A program made the translations under genes and the position numbers. The notes beneath the pieces are model-generated. The model saw nothing but the letters and a program-made list of their open reading frames with translations. It was not told the origin of the DNA and did not search any database. This document shows, piece after piece, positions 54,340 through 64,000 of a DNA stretch of 64,000 nt; position 1 is the stretch's first letter; the number at the start of each line of letters is the position of its first letter. The DNA comes from a bacterium. GTDB taxonomy: Bacteria; Patescibacteriota; Minisyncoccia; Phycocordibacterales; JAUSHB01. Location: the NCBI GenBank assembly GCA_030648955.1, contig JAUSHB010000013.1, positions 12,675 through 76,674 on the forward strand, written 5' to 3'.

Positions 54340-55560
54340 TTATTGTACGGCGATTTTTAAAAATCTTTTTTTGCCAATCTTAAAGATTCCATTTTGTTCT
54401 ATTTTGAAACTTTGGTCTTGAATTATTTCTCCTGTTTCTGTGTTTTCTACAGCACGCTGGTCTATGAGCCTTCTCCATTCTGTTTTTGATGCCACAAGAC
54501 CAAGCGCGATTACGACTTCACGCAACACTGTTCCTCGCACAACTACTTTTTCCTTGAGGTCGGTAGGCGCTCCGCGTTTTGCGAACGTGTTTATAAAATC
54601 GTTTCGTGCCTGTAGGGCTTTCTTTCCTCCGTGATACAGCGCGGTAATTTCTTCGGCAAGTTTGAGTTTCGCATCGCGCGGGTTTACGGTGTTCCCCTTG
54701 AGAGATTGTTCTATTGTCTTCACTTCTTCCATTGATACTCTCGTGCAGTGTATAAAATATTTTACAATAAGAGAGTCGTTCAAACTCATGACTTTGCCAA
54801 ACATGTTTTGCGGTTCATCGAGAAGATCTATGGTATTTCCCCACGAGGAGCTCATTTTTCGCCCGTCCGTGCCTTCGATAAGATTCGTCATGAGAATATC
54901 TTGCGGTTTCTGTTTTGAACGCTCCTGAAGCCTCCTTCCAGCGAGCATGTTGAACTTCTGGTCAGTTCCCCCTATTTCAACATCTGCCTTAATGGCGACG
55001 CTATCCTGTCCCTGCATCAATGGGTAGAGAACTTCGCGAAGCGAAATGCGTGAACCAGACTCAAGACGTTTTTTTATATTCTCCCTTGAAATGAAGTCGG
55101 CGAGAGAAAACGCATCTGCCTGTTCTCCGATCTCGTCATACCGAAGTTTGCCGAGCCATTTTGAATTGTAGTGAATCTCGAGATTTTTTGGCGAAAGGAT
55201 TTTTTTTGCTTGAGCGATGTACGACTTCATGTTTTCTTTCACTTCTTTTTTGGTGAGCATCGGTCGTTCGCTGTCCTTATCGGATGTGTCACCAATCACG
55301 CCCGTAAAGTCCCCCACAATAAATACGATGGTATGTCCAAGATTTTGAAAATCTCTTAGTTTCAAAAGAGAGACAGCCCTTCCGAGGTGTATATTAGAAC
55401 TCGTCGGATCAATGCCGTATTTAATACGAAGTTTTTTCCCTGATAAAAGTTTTGCGCGCAAACTATCCTTTTGAATAACTTCGGCAACACCACGTTCGAG
55501 AATTTCGTCGATTGTTTTTTTGTCAGTTACAATAGCCATATAGTGATTACTGTACCACAC
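54340..55560 (-). CDS. tyrS: Tyrosine--tRNA ligase
   Basis: It has the HIGH-type motif GIDPTSSNIHLGRAV, a KMSKS-type KMSSS, and a C-terminal S4-like domain. Confidence 0.85.
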   Translation of the reverse strand: MWYSNHYMAIVTDKKTIDEILERGVAEVIQKDSLRAKLLSGKKLRIKYGIDPTSSNIHLGRAVSLLKLRDFQNLGHTIVFIVGDFTGVIGDTSDKDSERPMLTKKEVKENMKSYIAQAKKILSPKNLEIHYNSKWLGKLRYDEIGEQADAFSLADFISRENIKKRLESGSRISLREVLYPLMQGQDSVAIKADVEIGGTDQKFNMLAGRRLQERSKQKPQDILMTNLIEGTDGRKMSSSWGNTIDLLDEPQNMFGKVMSLNDSLIVKYFIHCTRVSMEEVKTIEQSLKGNTVNPRDAKLKLAEEITALYHGGKKALQARNDFINTFAKRGAPTDLKEKVVVRGTVLREVVIALGLVASKTEWRRLIDQRAVENTETGEIIQDQSFKIEQNGIFKIGKKRFLKIAVQ

Positions 55561-55647
55561 AACGGCTGTTTTTTAAATTCCGCCGCGCTGGGTGACCTAA
55601 AGCAATACGTGTATGTGTTTATTGGTCTATTCCGTAATTAGTAAAAT

Positions 55648-56496
55648 TTGTCTAAATCTAATACAATGAGATTATCTGTGGTGAACAAATCAACAACTAG
55701 GTTAAATCCCAAAAAACGCTATTTACAGGTGGCATTGAACGGCACACTTGAAGACGCTCATGAAATAATCAGCAGCTTGCCAAAAAGCGACCGAATTATT
55801 ATTGAAGCAGGAACGCCACTTATAAAAAGATATGGCGAGTACGGAATTCGCCAAATTCGTAATTGGTATGAAACGCATCTGTCAGGACAAATTTTAGCAC
55901 CCGTGGCTATGGCTAATGTATCGGCGAATTCCGTACTTTCAACATTATTTCAATCGGCACTTTCTAGAACAGCAACCGCTCAAAAATCAACCTCGCAAAC
56001 CATACAAAGTGATGAATTTTTTCCTTACATAGTTGCCGACTTGAAAACAATGGACAGAGGAGAAACGGAGGTTGAAATAGCCGCGCGAGGCGGAGCAAGT
56101 GCCGCGATTGCTTTAGGAAGTGCGCCAATAGAAACCCTTAATTCGTTTGTGGAAAAATGCGAGGAGAACGGCCTTGACGCGATGATTGACATGATGAATG
56201 TCGAATTTCCTTTGTCTGTTTTGCGCGCACTAAAAAAGGTTCCCCCAGTCGTTATTATCCACCGAGGCGTAGACGAGGAAAAATTTAATCGAGAAAAACA
56301 AATCCCTTTACATGAAATCCGCCGAATAAAGGGAAGCTACAACATTATGATCTCTATTGCTGGGGGCGATACCCTTCGCGAGGTGGAGCGGTCATTTTTT
56401 AACGACGCGGATATTGTCGTGATTTGGAAATCAGTATTTCAAAAGACGGACGACACGGTCGCCCTCATCGAAGGCTTTTTGAAAGAAATAAAGTAG
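55648..56496 (+). CDS. OMP-decarboxylase/3-hexulose-6-phosphate-synthase superfamily protein
   Basis: It has a YLQVALNGTLEDA motif (KGPDC/HPS-like LQVALD) within a TIM barrel. At 282 aa it is longer than canonical HPS. Confidence 0.45.
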   Translation: MSKSNTMRLSVVNKSTTRLNPKKRYLQVALNGTLEDAHEIISSLPKSDRIIIEAGTPLIKRYGEYGIRQIRNWYETHLSGQILAPVAMANVSANSVLSTLFQSALSRTATAQKSTSQTIQSDEFFPYIVADLKTMDRGETEVEIAARGGASAAIALGSAPIETLNSFVEKCEENGLDAMIDMMNVEFPLSVLRALKKVPPVVIIHRGVDEEKFNREKQIPLHEIRRIKGSYNIMISIAGGDTLREVERSFFNDADIVVIWKSVFQKTDDTVALIEGFLKEIK

Positions 56497-56577
56497 CGTT
56501 AGGAACCACCAAGTAACTGATCTAATTTTTCTCGCACAATATCATTAAAGTCTGCGGGCATGTTTTAAATACTTTAT

Positions 56578-57360
56578 TTATTTCTTGTCCAAATATTTCG
56601 AGAGACTTTTTATTCCTTCAAAAAATTCTATTGGCAAAGCAAAAATAACCGTTTTGGAAGGATCGGGATTTATTTTCTCTATTGTTTGTAGGGTTCGCAT
56701 TGAAATACCGCCCGGCGTACTGCTTAAGACACCCGCCGCTTGAGCAAGTCGCTCTGACGCCGCAAATTCTCCTTCTGCCTTGATGATAACTGCTCGACGT
56801 TCACGTTCTGCCTCCGCTTGCTTTGCCATGATGCGCTTCATGTCCGCTGGAAGTTCTATATCTTGGATTTTAATATCAGTAACTAAAATGCCCCAGGACC
56901 CCGTTGCTTCCGCAACAATCTTTTGGATTTCTTCGGCATTTTTTTCTCTTTCTGACAAAAGCGAGTCAAGTTCAATACTGCCGATAACATCTCGAAGTGC
57001 TGCCTGTGCGTATTGGGAAACCGCGAGCGTGTAATCTTTTATAGTCAAAACAGCCTGCTCGGCATTTTGAACTTGAAAATATACCACCGCATTAATACCA
57101 ACGGGAACATTGTCCTTGGTGATAACTTCTTGTTGTGGGATATCAGTAGTGGTAATACGCAAATCAACCTTGGTCATTTTCTGAATTCCAATCAGAATCC
57201 ACGTCAAACCAGGCGTTCGCGTTCCTGTGTATTTACCGAGAGTAAGCACGACTCCGCGCTCATATTGATCAACTATCCGGAGTCCAAATAGGACAAGGAA
57301 AAACACGAAACCAATTATCGGCCAAATTAATGTTTCCATAGTGTTTTTATTATAGCACAA
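56578..57360 (-). CDS. SPFH/band-7 (stomatin/prohibitin-like) membrane protein
   Basis: It has an N-terminal TM helix followed by an SPFH domain and a coiled coil (QAEAERERRAVIIKAEGEFAASERLAQAA). Confidence 0.8.
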   Translation of the reverse strand: MCYNKNTMETLIWPIIGFVFFLVLFGLRIVDQYERGVVLTLGKYTGTRTPGLTWILIGIQKMTKVDLRITTTDIPQQEVITKDNVPVGINAVVYFQVQNAEQAVLTIKDYTLAVSQYAQAALRDVIGSIELDSLLSEREKNAEEIQKIVAEATGSWGILVTDIKIQDIELPADMKRIMAKQAEAERERRAVIIKAEGEFAASERLAQAAGVLSSTPGGISMRTLQTIEKINPDPSKTVIFALPIEFFEGIKSLSKYLDKK

Positions 57361-57494
57361 GCCCAGAAAGCACAGTGGATCAAGCCCTGTGGATTTTCAT
57401 TCTTTTTTAGCATATCATACTCCAACTAAACCAGTAAACGATTCCCCCCGCACGCATTAAGAAGTGAGGATGTTTCATGATATAATTCTTCTAT

Positions 57495-60050
57495 ATGTCA
57501 AGGAAAAAATCTGAAACGAAACGGGCGCGAGGGATTTTTCGTGTTCCCCCGCTTAAAACGTTGGGGCTCTTTTTTTTAAGTTTGGGATTTTTTTCCGCGG
57601 GAATTATTGCTATTTTTATCGTGACCATAAGGGTTCCTGATTTTAGATCGTTTGAGGAGCGAAAGATTGTGGAATCAAGTAAAATCTACGACCGAACAGG
57701 GAAAATTCTTCTCTATAGCATCCAAGACACCACCAAAAGAACTGTCGTTCCTCTTGACCAAATATCTCGTTATGTTAAAAATGCGACGGTGGCAATAGAG
57801 GACGCCGAATTTTACCAACACTTTGGAATCAAGCCCTCTTCAATCATCCGTGCAATACTCGCCAATATCACCACAGGAAGCTACGGGCAGGGTGGGTCAA
57901 CGATTACCCAGCAGGTGGTAAAAAACGCGCTTCTCACAAAAGAAAAAACCATATCGCGAAAACTTAAAGAATGGGTCCTTGCGGTTAAAATTGAAAAAAT
58001 TCTCAATAAAGAACAAATTCTTACTCTGTATCTCAACGAAGCTCCGTACGGAGGAAACATATATGGTGTTGAGGAAGCATCACTCGCTTTTTTTGGTAAA
58101 CATGCGAGCGAACTTGATCTTGGAGAGTCCGCGTACCTCGCCGCACTTCCTCAAGCACCCACGTTTTACTCACCATATGGAAACCACAAAGACCGTCTTG
58201 ATGAAAGAAAAAAGTTGGTTCTTTTAAGGATGCGTGAATTAAGTTTCATAACCGTTGAAGAATTTGACAAGGCGATTGCCGAAAATATTACTTTTTTACC
58301 CCAGGAGACGCATGGTATTAAGGCGCCACACTTTGTGACATGGGTAAGGGAATATCTCGCAGAAAAATATGGGGAAGAGGCACTGACGGGACTCGGGCTC
58401 AAGGTTATCACAACCCTTGATTACGATCTTCAAAAAAAGGCCGAGAGTGCTGTAGAAACATTCGGAAATGAAAACGAGAAAAAATTCAATGCAAAAAATG
58501 CCGGCATGGTAGGAATCGACCCACGCACCGGAGAGGTGTTGGTTATGGTCGGGTCGCGCGATTATTTCAATCGAGAAGCTGAAGGTAATTTTAACATCGC
58601 CCTTGCACATCGTCAGCCTGGTTCTGCGTTTAAACCATTTGTTTATGCGGCAGCGTTTGAAAAAGGTTACACGCCGGAAACGGTGGTGTTTGACCTTGAA
58701 ACAGAATTTGATACACGGTGTGATACAAACGGAAAACCCCTTAACTCTGCCACAGATCCAAAAGTTTGCGACAGACCGGGAAATTATGACAATGTATTCC
58801 GTGGTCCCGTGACTCTCCGAAACGCCCTTGCTCAATCAATCAACATCCCCGCCATGAAAGTTCTTTACCTTGCGGGAATCAAAGACTCAATCGAAACCGC
58901 CAGAAAGATGGGTATTGAAAAACTTGCGGGAGAAAATCAATACGGCCTCACTCTTGTATTGGGAAGCGGAGAAGTTTCTCTGCTTGATATGACGAGTGCC
59001 TATGGTGTGTTTGCAAACAATGGCGTGCGTAATCCCCATCAGGGAATATTGCGGGTTGAAGATAAGGGTGGCGCGGTGCTCGAGGAGTTCTATCCTCGCT
59101 CAACAGAGGTTCTTTCAAAAAACGTGGCGCTTCAAATCAGTGATGTGCTTTCGGATAATGTGGCACGTACTCCAGCATTCGGGGCACAATCGTATTTATA
59201 TTTTCCGGGAAAAGATGTGGCGGTAAAAACAGGTACTACCAACGATTACAAAGATGCTTGGATTGTTGGTTATACACCCACATTTTCGCTCGGTGCATGG
59301 GTTGGAAATAATGACAACACCCCGATGGAAAAAAAGGTGGCGGGATTTATTGTTGCGCCGATGTGGAACTCGTTTATGAAAGAAGTTTTGAGCGACCCTG
59401 ATTATCAAAGTGTTGTGTTTGAAAAACCGGTGCTAAAATACCCGACAACACTTAAACCAATTTTACGCGGTATTTGGAAAGGTGGAGAAGCTTATACTAT
59501 CGATCGTATTTCCGGAAAGCTTGCAACAGAATACACACCAGAGGAAACAAAAGAGGAGCGCATTTTGACGAATGTCCACGAAATCCTTTACTGGGTTGAT
59601 AAAAATAATCCACTCGGCCCCCGTCCGGAACATCCTGAAGGTGACCCCCAATTTTCTTTATGGGAAAAGCCTGTGAGGGAGTGGGTTGCGAGACAGGGTA
59701 TTGGTGAACAATCAAGAGATATCATCCCGAAAGAGGTTGATGATGTTCATGGACCGGGATTCTCGCCAAATATTACCGTGGTATACCCCAACGATGGCGC
59801 ATCGTTACATGCTAGTGGAAAAGTATTTGTAAGTATTAACAGCGCAGGAAGATTCCCTCTTGCCCGTGCAGATTTTTTTGTGAATGACATATTTATTGGA
59901 TCTTCAAACAAAGATCCTTTTGGTTTTTCTTTTATTCCCAACGAGATAGATGGTATGAAGCCACAAGGAAACACCCTTCGTGTTGTTGGATATGATTCGG
60001 TTTTTAACACGAGTTCGGTAAGTGTTTTGTTTGGTATAAATAGTGATTAA
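57495..60050 (+). CDS. Class A penicillin-binding protein (glycosyltransferase plus transpeptidase) with C-terminal extension
   Basis: The GT51 motifs are EDAEFYQHFGI and GGSTITQQ. The transpeptidase motifs are SAFKP, SINIP and KTGTTND. About 150 extra C-terminal residues follow. Confidence 0.85.
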   Translation: MSRKKSETKRARGIFRVPPLKTLGLFFLSLGFFSAGIIAIFIVTIRVPDFRSFEERKIVESSKIYDRTGKILLYSIQDTTKRTVVPLDQISRYVKNATVAIEDAEFYQHFGIKPSSIIRAILANITTGSYGQGGSTITQQVVKNALLTKEKTISRKLKEWVLAVKIEKILNKEQILTLYLNEAPYGGNIYGVEEASLAFFGKHASELDLGESAYLAALPQAPTFYSPYGNHKDRLDERKKLVLLRMRELSFITVEEFDKAIAENITFLPQETHGIKAPHFVTWVREYLAEKYGEEALTGLGLKVITTLDYDLQKKAESAVETFGNENEKKFNAKNAGMVGIDPRTGEVLVMVGSRDYFNREAEGNFNIALAHRQPGSAFKPFVYAAAFEKGYTPETVVFDLETEFDTRCDTNGKPLNSATDPKVCDRPGNYDNVFRGPVTLRNALAQSINIPAMKVLYLAGIKDSIETARKMGIEKLAGENQYGLTLVLGSGEVSLLDMTSAYGVFANNGVRNPHQGILRVEDKGGAVLEEFYPRSTEVLSKNVALQISDVLSDNVARTPAFGAQSYLYFPGKDVAVKTGTTNDYKDAWIVGYTPTFSLGAWVGNNDNTPMEKKVAGFIVAPMWNSFMKEVLSDPDYQSVVFEKPVLKYPTTLKPILRGIWKGGEAYTIDRISGKLATEYTPEETKEERILTNVHEILYWVDKNNPLGPRPEHPEGDPQFSLWEKPVREWVARQGIGEQSRDIIPKEVDDVHGPGFSPNITVVYPNDGASLHASGKVFVSINSAGRFPLARADFFVNDIFIGSSNKDPFGFSFIPNEIDGMKPQGNTLRVVGYDSVFNTSSVSVLFGINSD

Positions 60051-60117
60051 ACAAAACAGTCCATTCGTTGTATCCGCAACAAGACTGAGGAGGATTACGG
60101 CATCCAATAAAGATTTG

Positions 60118-60381
60118 TTATCGGATATCAGTGGGAGAATTATTCCCCAGTTTTTCTTTTAATGCTTCGAGGATTTGCTGTTTGTGTATAAAAATTACTG
60201 ATTTTACTCCAGGGCTTTCATTGATCGAAAGGATGTTATTTTTTGTGGAGATTTTTTCTAGATTTACCATTACCCCCGTTTTTTTATGTATTGTTTCTAT
60301 TATTTCTTTTTTTATTGTTTCATGTGATATCGCAAGTCGTCGCCATTTATTAAGAAGGGTGGATAGTTTTTGAAGTTCCAT
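60118..60381 (-). CDS. Hypothetical small protein downstream of dnaN
   Basis: It is an 87-aa ORF with no recognisable motifs. Confidence 0.35.
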   Translation of the reverse strand: MELQKLSTLLNKWRRLAISHETIKKEIIETIHKKTGVMVNLEKISTKNNILSINESPGVKSVIFIHKQQILEALKEKLGNNSPTDIR

Positions 60382-60446
60382 ACTTTATTAAGCTTTTAGC
60401 TTCGGAAGTTTTTGAGTGTCGAGAAGCTGGTGAAAATTTTTCTTAA

Positions 60447-61547
60447 CTATTTATTAATCGGCATCACTAAATAAAGAAATGAGTTATCACCGAGTCCCCT
60501 TATGGTCATAGGTTTATTTTCTCCATTAAACTGCATAACAACACTATCTTCTTTGATAAACTGGAGGCAGTCAAGAATATATTTATTATTAAATCCTATC
60601 TCAAGAAGATCTCCTGAAAGTGCAGCATCTATTTTTGTCATATTTTCTCCGACGTCCGCGTTTTGTGTGTTAATCTCAAATAATTTATCTTGGGGGTGAA
60701 TAACGAAGTTTGTTTTATGGAACTTATCTGAAAAAATATTACTTACCTTGAGTGCGTTTATAAGGTCTTGTTTGAGCACAATAATTTCGGTGGTATATGT
60801 CTTAGGGATAATTTGTTTATAGTCGGGGAAAATTCCATTTATGATTCTTGAGGTTATATATACACTATCGTAATACATAGAAAGTTGGTTTTTGTTTGTG
60901 TGAATAGTTATGTCTTCATTGGTATTTTCAATAATTCTCACTATTTCAACGACATTTTTCAGTGGAATAATAATCCCAGGAAACTCGTTTGTTTTTTTGT
61001 TTTGTATTTTTTTCTCGGCAAGCCGAAATGAATCGGTCGCAGTAAATAATATATATTCCCCCTCTGTGTGGATGAAAACACTTGCGATTTCTGGTTTTAT
61101 ATCAGAAGATGAAGCGCTAAATAACACGGATCTTAATCCCTCGGTAAGTTTTTTTGCGGGTATTATCACGGGTTCCCCTTCCTTCACAACAGGAAGTGTT
61201 GGAAAATCATCTGGTTGAAAACTTTTTATTGTTGTTGACGTGTGTTCTGTGGAAAGAAAAAGATTGTTGTTTAATAAATCGATGGATATGTTTTTTGCAT
61301 CTTGTAAACCAGTAAGTGTATTGGATAATATTGACCCGGGAACAGATATGGTTCCCTTTTTTTCTACTTTCGCTGGAATCTCAAATTCCACACCAATATC
61401 AAGATTTGTAGCGCGAATTTTTAATGTCTTTCCTTCGCTGGTTAATAATATTGATTGAAGAATGGGAAGTCCTTGAGATCTTCCGGTAATCTTTTCCGCA
61501 AGTGAAACTATTTCTTTTAATTTATCCTTCACGCATTCTAACTTCAT
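60447..61547 (-). CDS. dnaN: DNA polymerase III beta sliding clamp
   Basis: It has a three-domain clamp (MKLECVKDKL...LSNTLTGL...) and the conserved position after dnaA. Confidence 0.85.
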   Translation of the reverse strand: MKLECVKDKLKEIVSLAEKITGRSQGLPILQSILLTSEGKTLKIRATNLDIGVEFEIPAKVEKKGTISVPGSILSNTLTGLQDAKNISIDLLNNNLFLSTEHTSTTIKSFQPDDFPTLPVVKEGEPVIIPAKKLTEGLRSVLFSASSSDIKPEIASVFIHTEGEYILFTATDSFRLAEKKIQNKKTNEFPGIIIPLKNVVEIVRIIENTNEDITIHTNKNQLSMYYDSVYITSRIINGIFPDYKQIIPKTYTTEIIVLKQDLINALKVSNIFSDKFHKTNFVIHPQDKLFEINTQNADVGENMTKIDAALSGDLLEIGFNNKYILDCLQFIKEDSVVMQFNGENKPMTIRGLGDNSFLYLVMPINK

Positions 61548-61769
61548 ATATATGTTTATTTATATTAAAAATATATTATATATACTATCCCTGTGTATAT
61601 GTTGATAAATCAAAAATATCCTTTCCCTGTAATCCATTTTTATTTTTTATATGTGTATAAAATGTTATTTAAAAAAACACACTGTGGGTAGTAAATAAAA
61701 ATTCCATCGCCTATACATTTTTATTAACAGTTATTTTTTTAAAATACACACCTTGTAAACACCCCTACA
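61548..61769. promoter_or_regulatory. AT-rich dnaA-dnaN intergenic region, candidate oriC/DUE segment
   Basis: It is ~220 bp and >80% AT, with degenerate DnaA-box-like CTGTGGGTA. Confidence 0.4.
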
Positions 61770-63176
61770 CTACAATATTCCGCGAATCTGCTCTATTTCT
61801 TGTAATAAAAAATTATCATGTTTAATATCATTTTTTATTTTTTCACAAGAGTGAATCACTGTGGTGTGATCTCTCCCACCAAGTTTTTGACCAATAGAAG
61901 GGAAAGAAATATTAAAATCTTCCCGCAAAATATACATAACAACCTGACGAGGCTTCACTACTTCTTTCCTTCTCGTTTTCTCATAAATAGTTTCTTCTTC
62001 GATGTTATAAAATTCAGCAACAGTTTTTATAACATCCTTGATAGAGACCGATTTTCTTGGTTTGGCGCTGTTTTTAATAAGCACCTTGATTTCATTGAGG
62101 TTTAGATACCTGTTTTTGAGTTGAGATTGGCATATTACAAGGTTTAATACACCCTCAAGGTCCCTAATGTTCCCTTGTATGATTGACGCAAGATACTCAA
62201 GAGTTTCGTCGGGGGGTGAAAAGTTACTTGTTCCTGCTTTGGATTTCAAAATCGCGAGTCGCGATTCATAATCCGGTGTTTGTATGTCAACAATCATTCC
62301 TGCGCCAAATCTTGATTTGAGACGATTTTCAAGATCAGGAATGTAGGTTGGGTGTTTGTCTGAAGAAAAAATAATTTGTTTATTGTTGTCGTATAGGGTG
62401 TTAAATAAATGAAACAATTCTTCCTGCGTCTTTTCTTTGTTTGAAAGAAACTGAATATCATCCATGATTAAAATATCATACTTTCTGTATTTTTCCTTAA
62501 AACCGTTTACTTTATTTGCCTGAACCGAATTTATATAGTCAATCGAAAATTTTTCAGACGTAGTATAGTGTATTTTTTTCCCCACCCCCATTTTTTTTAC
62601 ATAGTTTCCTATTGATTGGATGAGGTGTGTTTTACCCAATCCCGTTTCTCCATAAATGAAAAGCGGATTATATGCTGTACCAAGTTTTTTTATGACTGCC
62701 TGTGAAGCCGCGTGGGCAAGTTCATTAAAGGGACCAATAATGAATGAGCTGAATACATATCTTGGATTCAGGTTATCCTCTTTATCTATATATAAATCAT
62801 TAAATGAAGGAAGTGGTGTTCCTATGGGTTCGCGCAGTTCTTTGTGGGTACCCTGGGCGCTTTCTTTTGGAGGATGATCGTCTTTGTATACAATATACTC
62901 AAGGCCACGAGTCCCTTCCTCGGTCACACGAAGGGCCTTGAGGATAAATTTGTGGTATTTATTAAATAACCAATCTTTTACAAATTCATTGGGAACTCCT
63001 AAAAAAACTGTTCCGCTGTCACGCTTTATAATATGAGTGTTTTTAAACCATGTGCTAAAATTTGCTTTCGATACATTCAACTCAATCTCGACGAGCGCAT
63101 GTTCCCAAAGTTGTTTGTTATCAAGCATAGATAGATTTAATAGTTTCGTGCTTGTAATTATATACTTAATTAACAA
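61770..63176 (-). CDS. dnaA: Chromosomal replication initiator DnaA
   Basis: It has the AAA+ motif GETGLGKTHL, sensor motifs, and the C-terminal DnaA-box-binding helix ...IGQKLGGRDHTTVIHSCEKI. Confidence 0.9.
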   Translation of the reverse strand: MLIKYIITSTKLLNLSMLDNKQLWEHALVEIELNVSKANFSTWFKNTHIIKRDSGTVFLGVPNEFVKDWLFNKYHKFILKALRVTEEGTRGLEYIVYKDDHPPKESAQGTHKELREPIGTPLPSFNDLYIDKEDNLNPRYVFSSFIIGPFNELAHAASQAVIKKLGTAYNPLFIYGETGLGKTHLIQSIGNYVKKMGVGKKIHYTTSEKFSIDYINSVQANKVNGFKEKYRKYDILIMDDIQFLSNKEKTQEELFHLFNTLYDNNKQIIFSSDKHPTYIPDLENRLKSRFGAGMIVDIQTPDYESRLAILKSKAGTSNFSPPDETLEYLASIIQGNIRDLEGVLNLVICQSQLKNRYLNLNEIKVLIKNSAKPRKSVSIKDVIKTVAEFYNIEEETIYEKTRRKEVVKPRQVVMYILREDFNISFPSIGQKLGGRDHTTVIHSCEKIKNDIKHDNFLLQEIEQIRGIL

Positions 63177-63448
63177 TTGTAAAACTTACCAAAAAAAGAC
63201 AGATATGTTCATAAGGTGTGCGTAATGTGTGGATATTGTACTCGTCTATTAAAAAACAATCAACCCCCTATAATAAGCTTACCCCCCGTATTGATTCAAT
63301 ATTCTTTATTATCCCGACCATGGGGACTTGAAAATTTATTAGAGTGATGTACAATGAGCCCGTAAGTAAGTACCATCAAGGTACATTGCTTGTTTGTGGA
63401 AGGACGCAAAAAATAAAATTAATCATCTTCATGCAATAAATAAATATT
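63177..63448. promoter_or_regulatory. dnaA-rpmH divergent intergenic region with a DnaA box; candidate oriC and dnaA promoter
   Basis: TGTGGATAT at 63229-63237 is the reverse complement of the ATATCCACA DnaA box. Flanks are AT-rich. Confidence 0.45.
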
Positions 63449-63583
63449 ATGTCCAGAACATATCAACCCAAAAAGAAGAAACGACAAACAACACACGGAT
63501 TTCTTGTAAGAAAACAAACAAAAGGCGGAAAAAATGTTCTTAAAAGAAGGGCGAGGAAAGGAAGAAAGCGCCTCAGTGTGTAA
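63449..63583 (+). CDS. rpmH: 50S ribosomal protein L34
   Basis: Own translation [44 protein letters not shown]. It is below the ORF-track size cut-off. Confidence 0.85.
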   Translation: MSRTYQPKKKKRQTTHGFLVRKQTKGGKNVLKRRARKGRKRLSV

Positions 63584-63687
63584 TACTAGTAAATTAGGCC
63601 CTAAATGTTGGGGGTTAAGGGAAAAGCTACCCCTGTTATTGCGTTGAGTGTTCTAATCTGCCTAGCGCCTAATATCCAAAACTCCTC

Positions 63688-64000
63688 ATGCTTCCACAAA
63701 AAAGAAAGGTCGGTACAGAGCTATTTCCCCTCATAATAAAAAAAGGTAAAACTATTTCCTCCGACCATTTTTCTTTCAAGTTTTCACCACTTCCCGGAAT
63801 CACAGAAAGTAAATTCTCCTTTGTTGTTTCAGGTAAAATATCAAAAAAAGCGACAGAGAGAAACTTACTCAAACGACGCGGATATAATGTTATTAAAAAA
63901 AACAGCGCGTTGAAAATAATTCCCGTGGTCGGAGTGTTTTTCGCTAAAAAGGGTTCAACGGCGTTGTCTTTTTCAACACTTGAACAGGAAATAAATAACT
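63688..64000 (+). CDS. rnpA: Ribonuclease P protein component (partial, runs off window end)
   Basis: It has MLPQKRKVGTELFP...NLLKRR.. and sits in the conserved position after rpmH. Confidence 0.7.
   Translation, partial: MLPQKRKVGTELFPLIIKKGKTISSDHFSFKFSPLPGITESKFSFVVSGKISKKATERNLLKRRGYNVIKKNSALKIIPVVGVFFAKKGSTALSFSTLEQEINN

Overview
This is a low-GC, gene-dense bacterial chromosome segment. Small genes, scattered ruvA/ruvB/ruvC, type IV pilus genes and many tRNA-flanking repeats are consistent with a small-genome lineage such as Patescibacteria/CPR; that lineage call is inference. The right end carries the replication-origin neighbourhood: dnaN and dnaA on the minus strand, then rpmH and rnpA on the plus strand. 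Housekeeping genes recognisable from their translations include rplS, uppS, rpsT, ruvABC, polA, holA, tyrS, tsaE, a PBP1A homologue, a MurE-like ligase, a pilMNO cluster and pilB, an ABC-2 exporter, and a partial hsdR at the left edge. There are seven tRNA genes and no rRNA.

The strongest accessory element is a complete diversity-generating retroelement. Its reverse transcriptase is at 11525-12541 (-) and a divergently oriented Avd-like four-helix-bundle gene at 12530-12886 (+). The template repeat is at about 12950-13088 and the variable repeat at about 13403-13541, in the last ~45 codons of a 617-aa protein with no signal peptide. TR and VR differ at about 20 positions, and all of those are TR adenines on the coding strand.

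Other items worth a second look:
- A (CT)12 microsatellite sits exactly at the RT/avd junction.
- A family of GC-rich repeats, partly copied from tRNA 3' ends, follows almost every tRNA gene.
- The locus at 47.2-52.5 kb holds a secreted C39-like peptidase, a beta-barrel-like protein, two paralogous secreted peptides with a conserved ~130-bp upstream region, and recently duplicated membrane-protein paralogues.
- There is also a FIST, histidine-kinase and tandem-REC signalling cassette.
- One large membrane protein is an FAD-oxidase fusion.
- Several candidate ncRNAs and terminators are listed.
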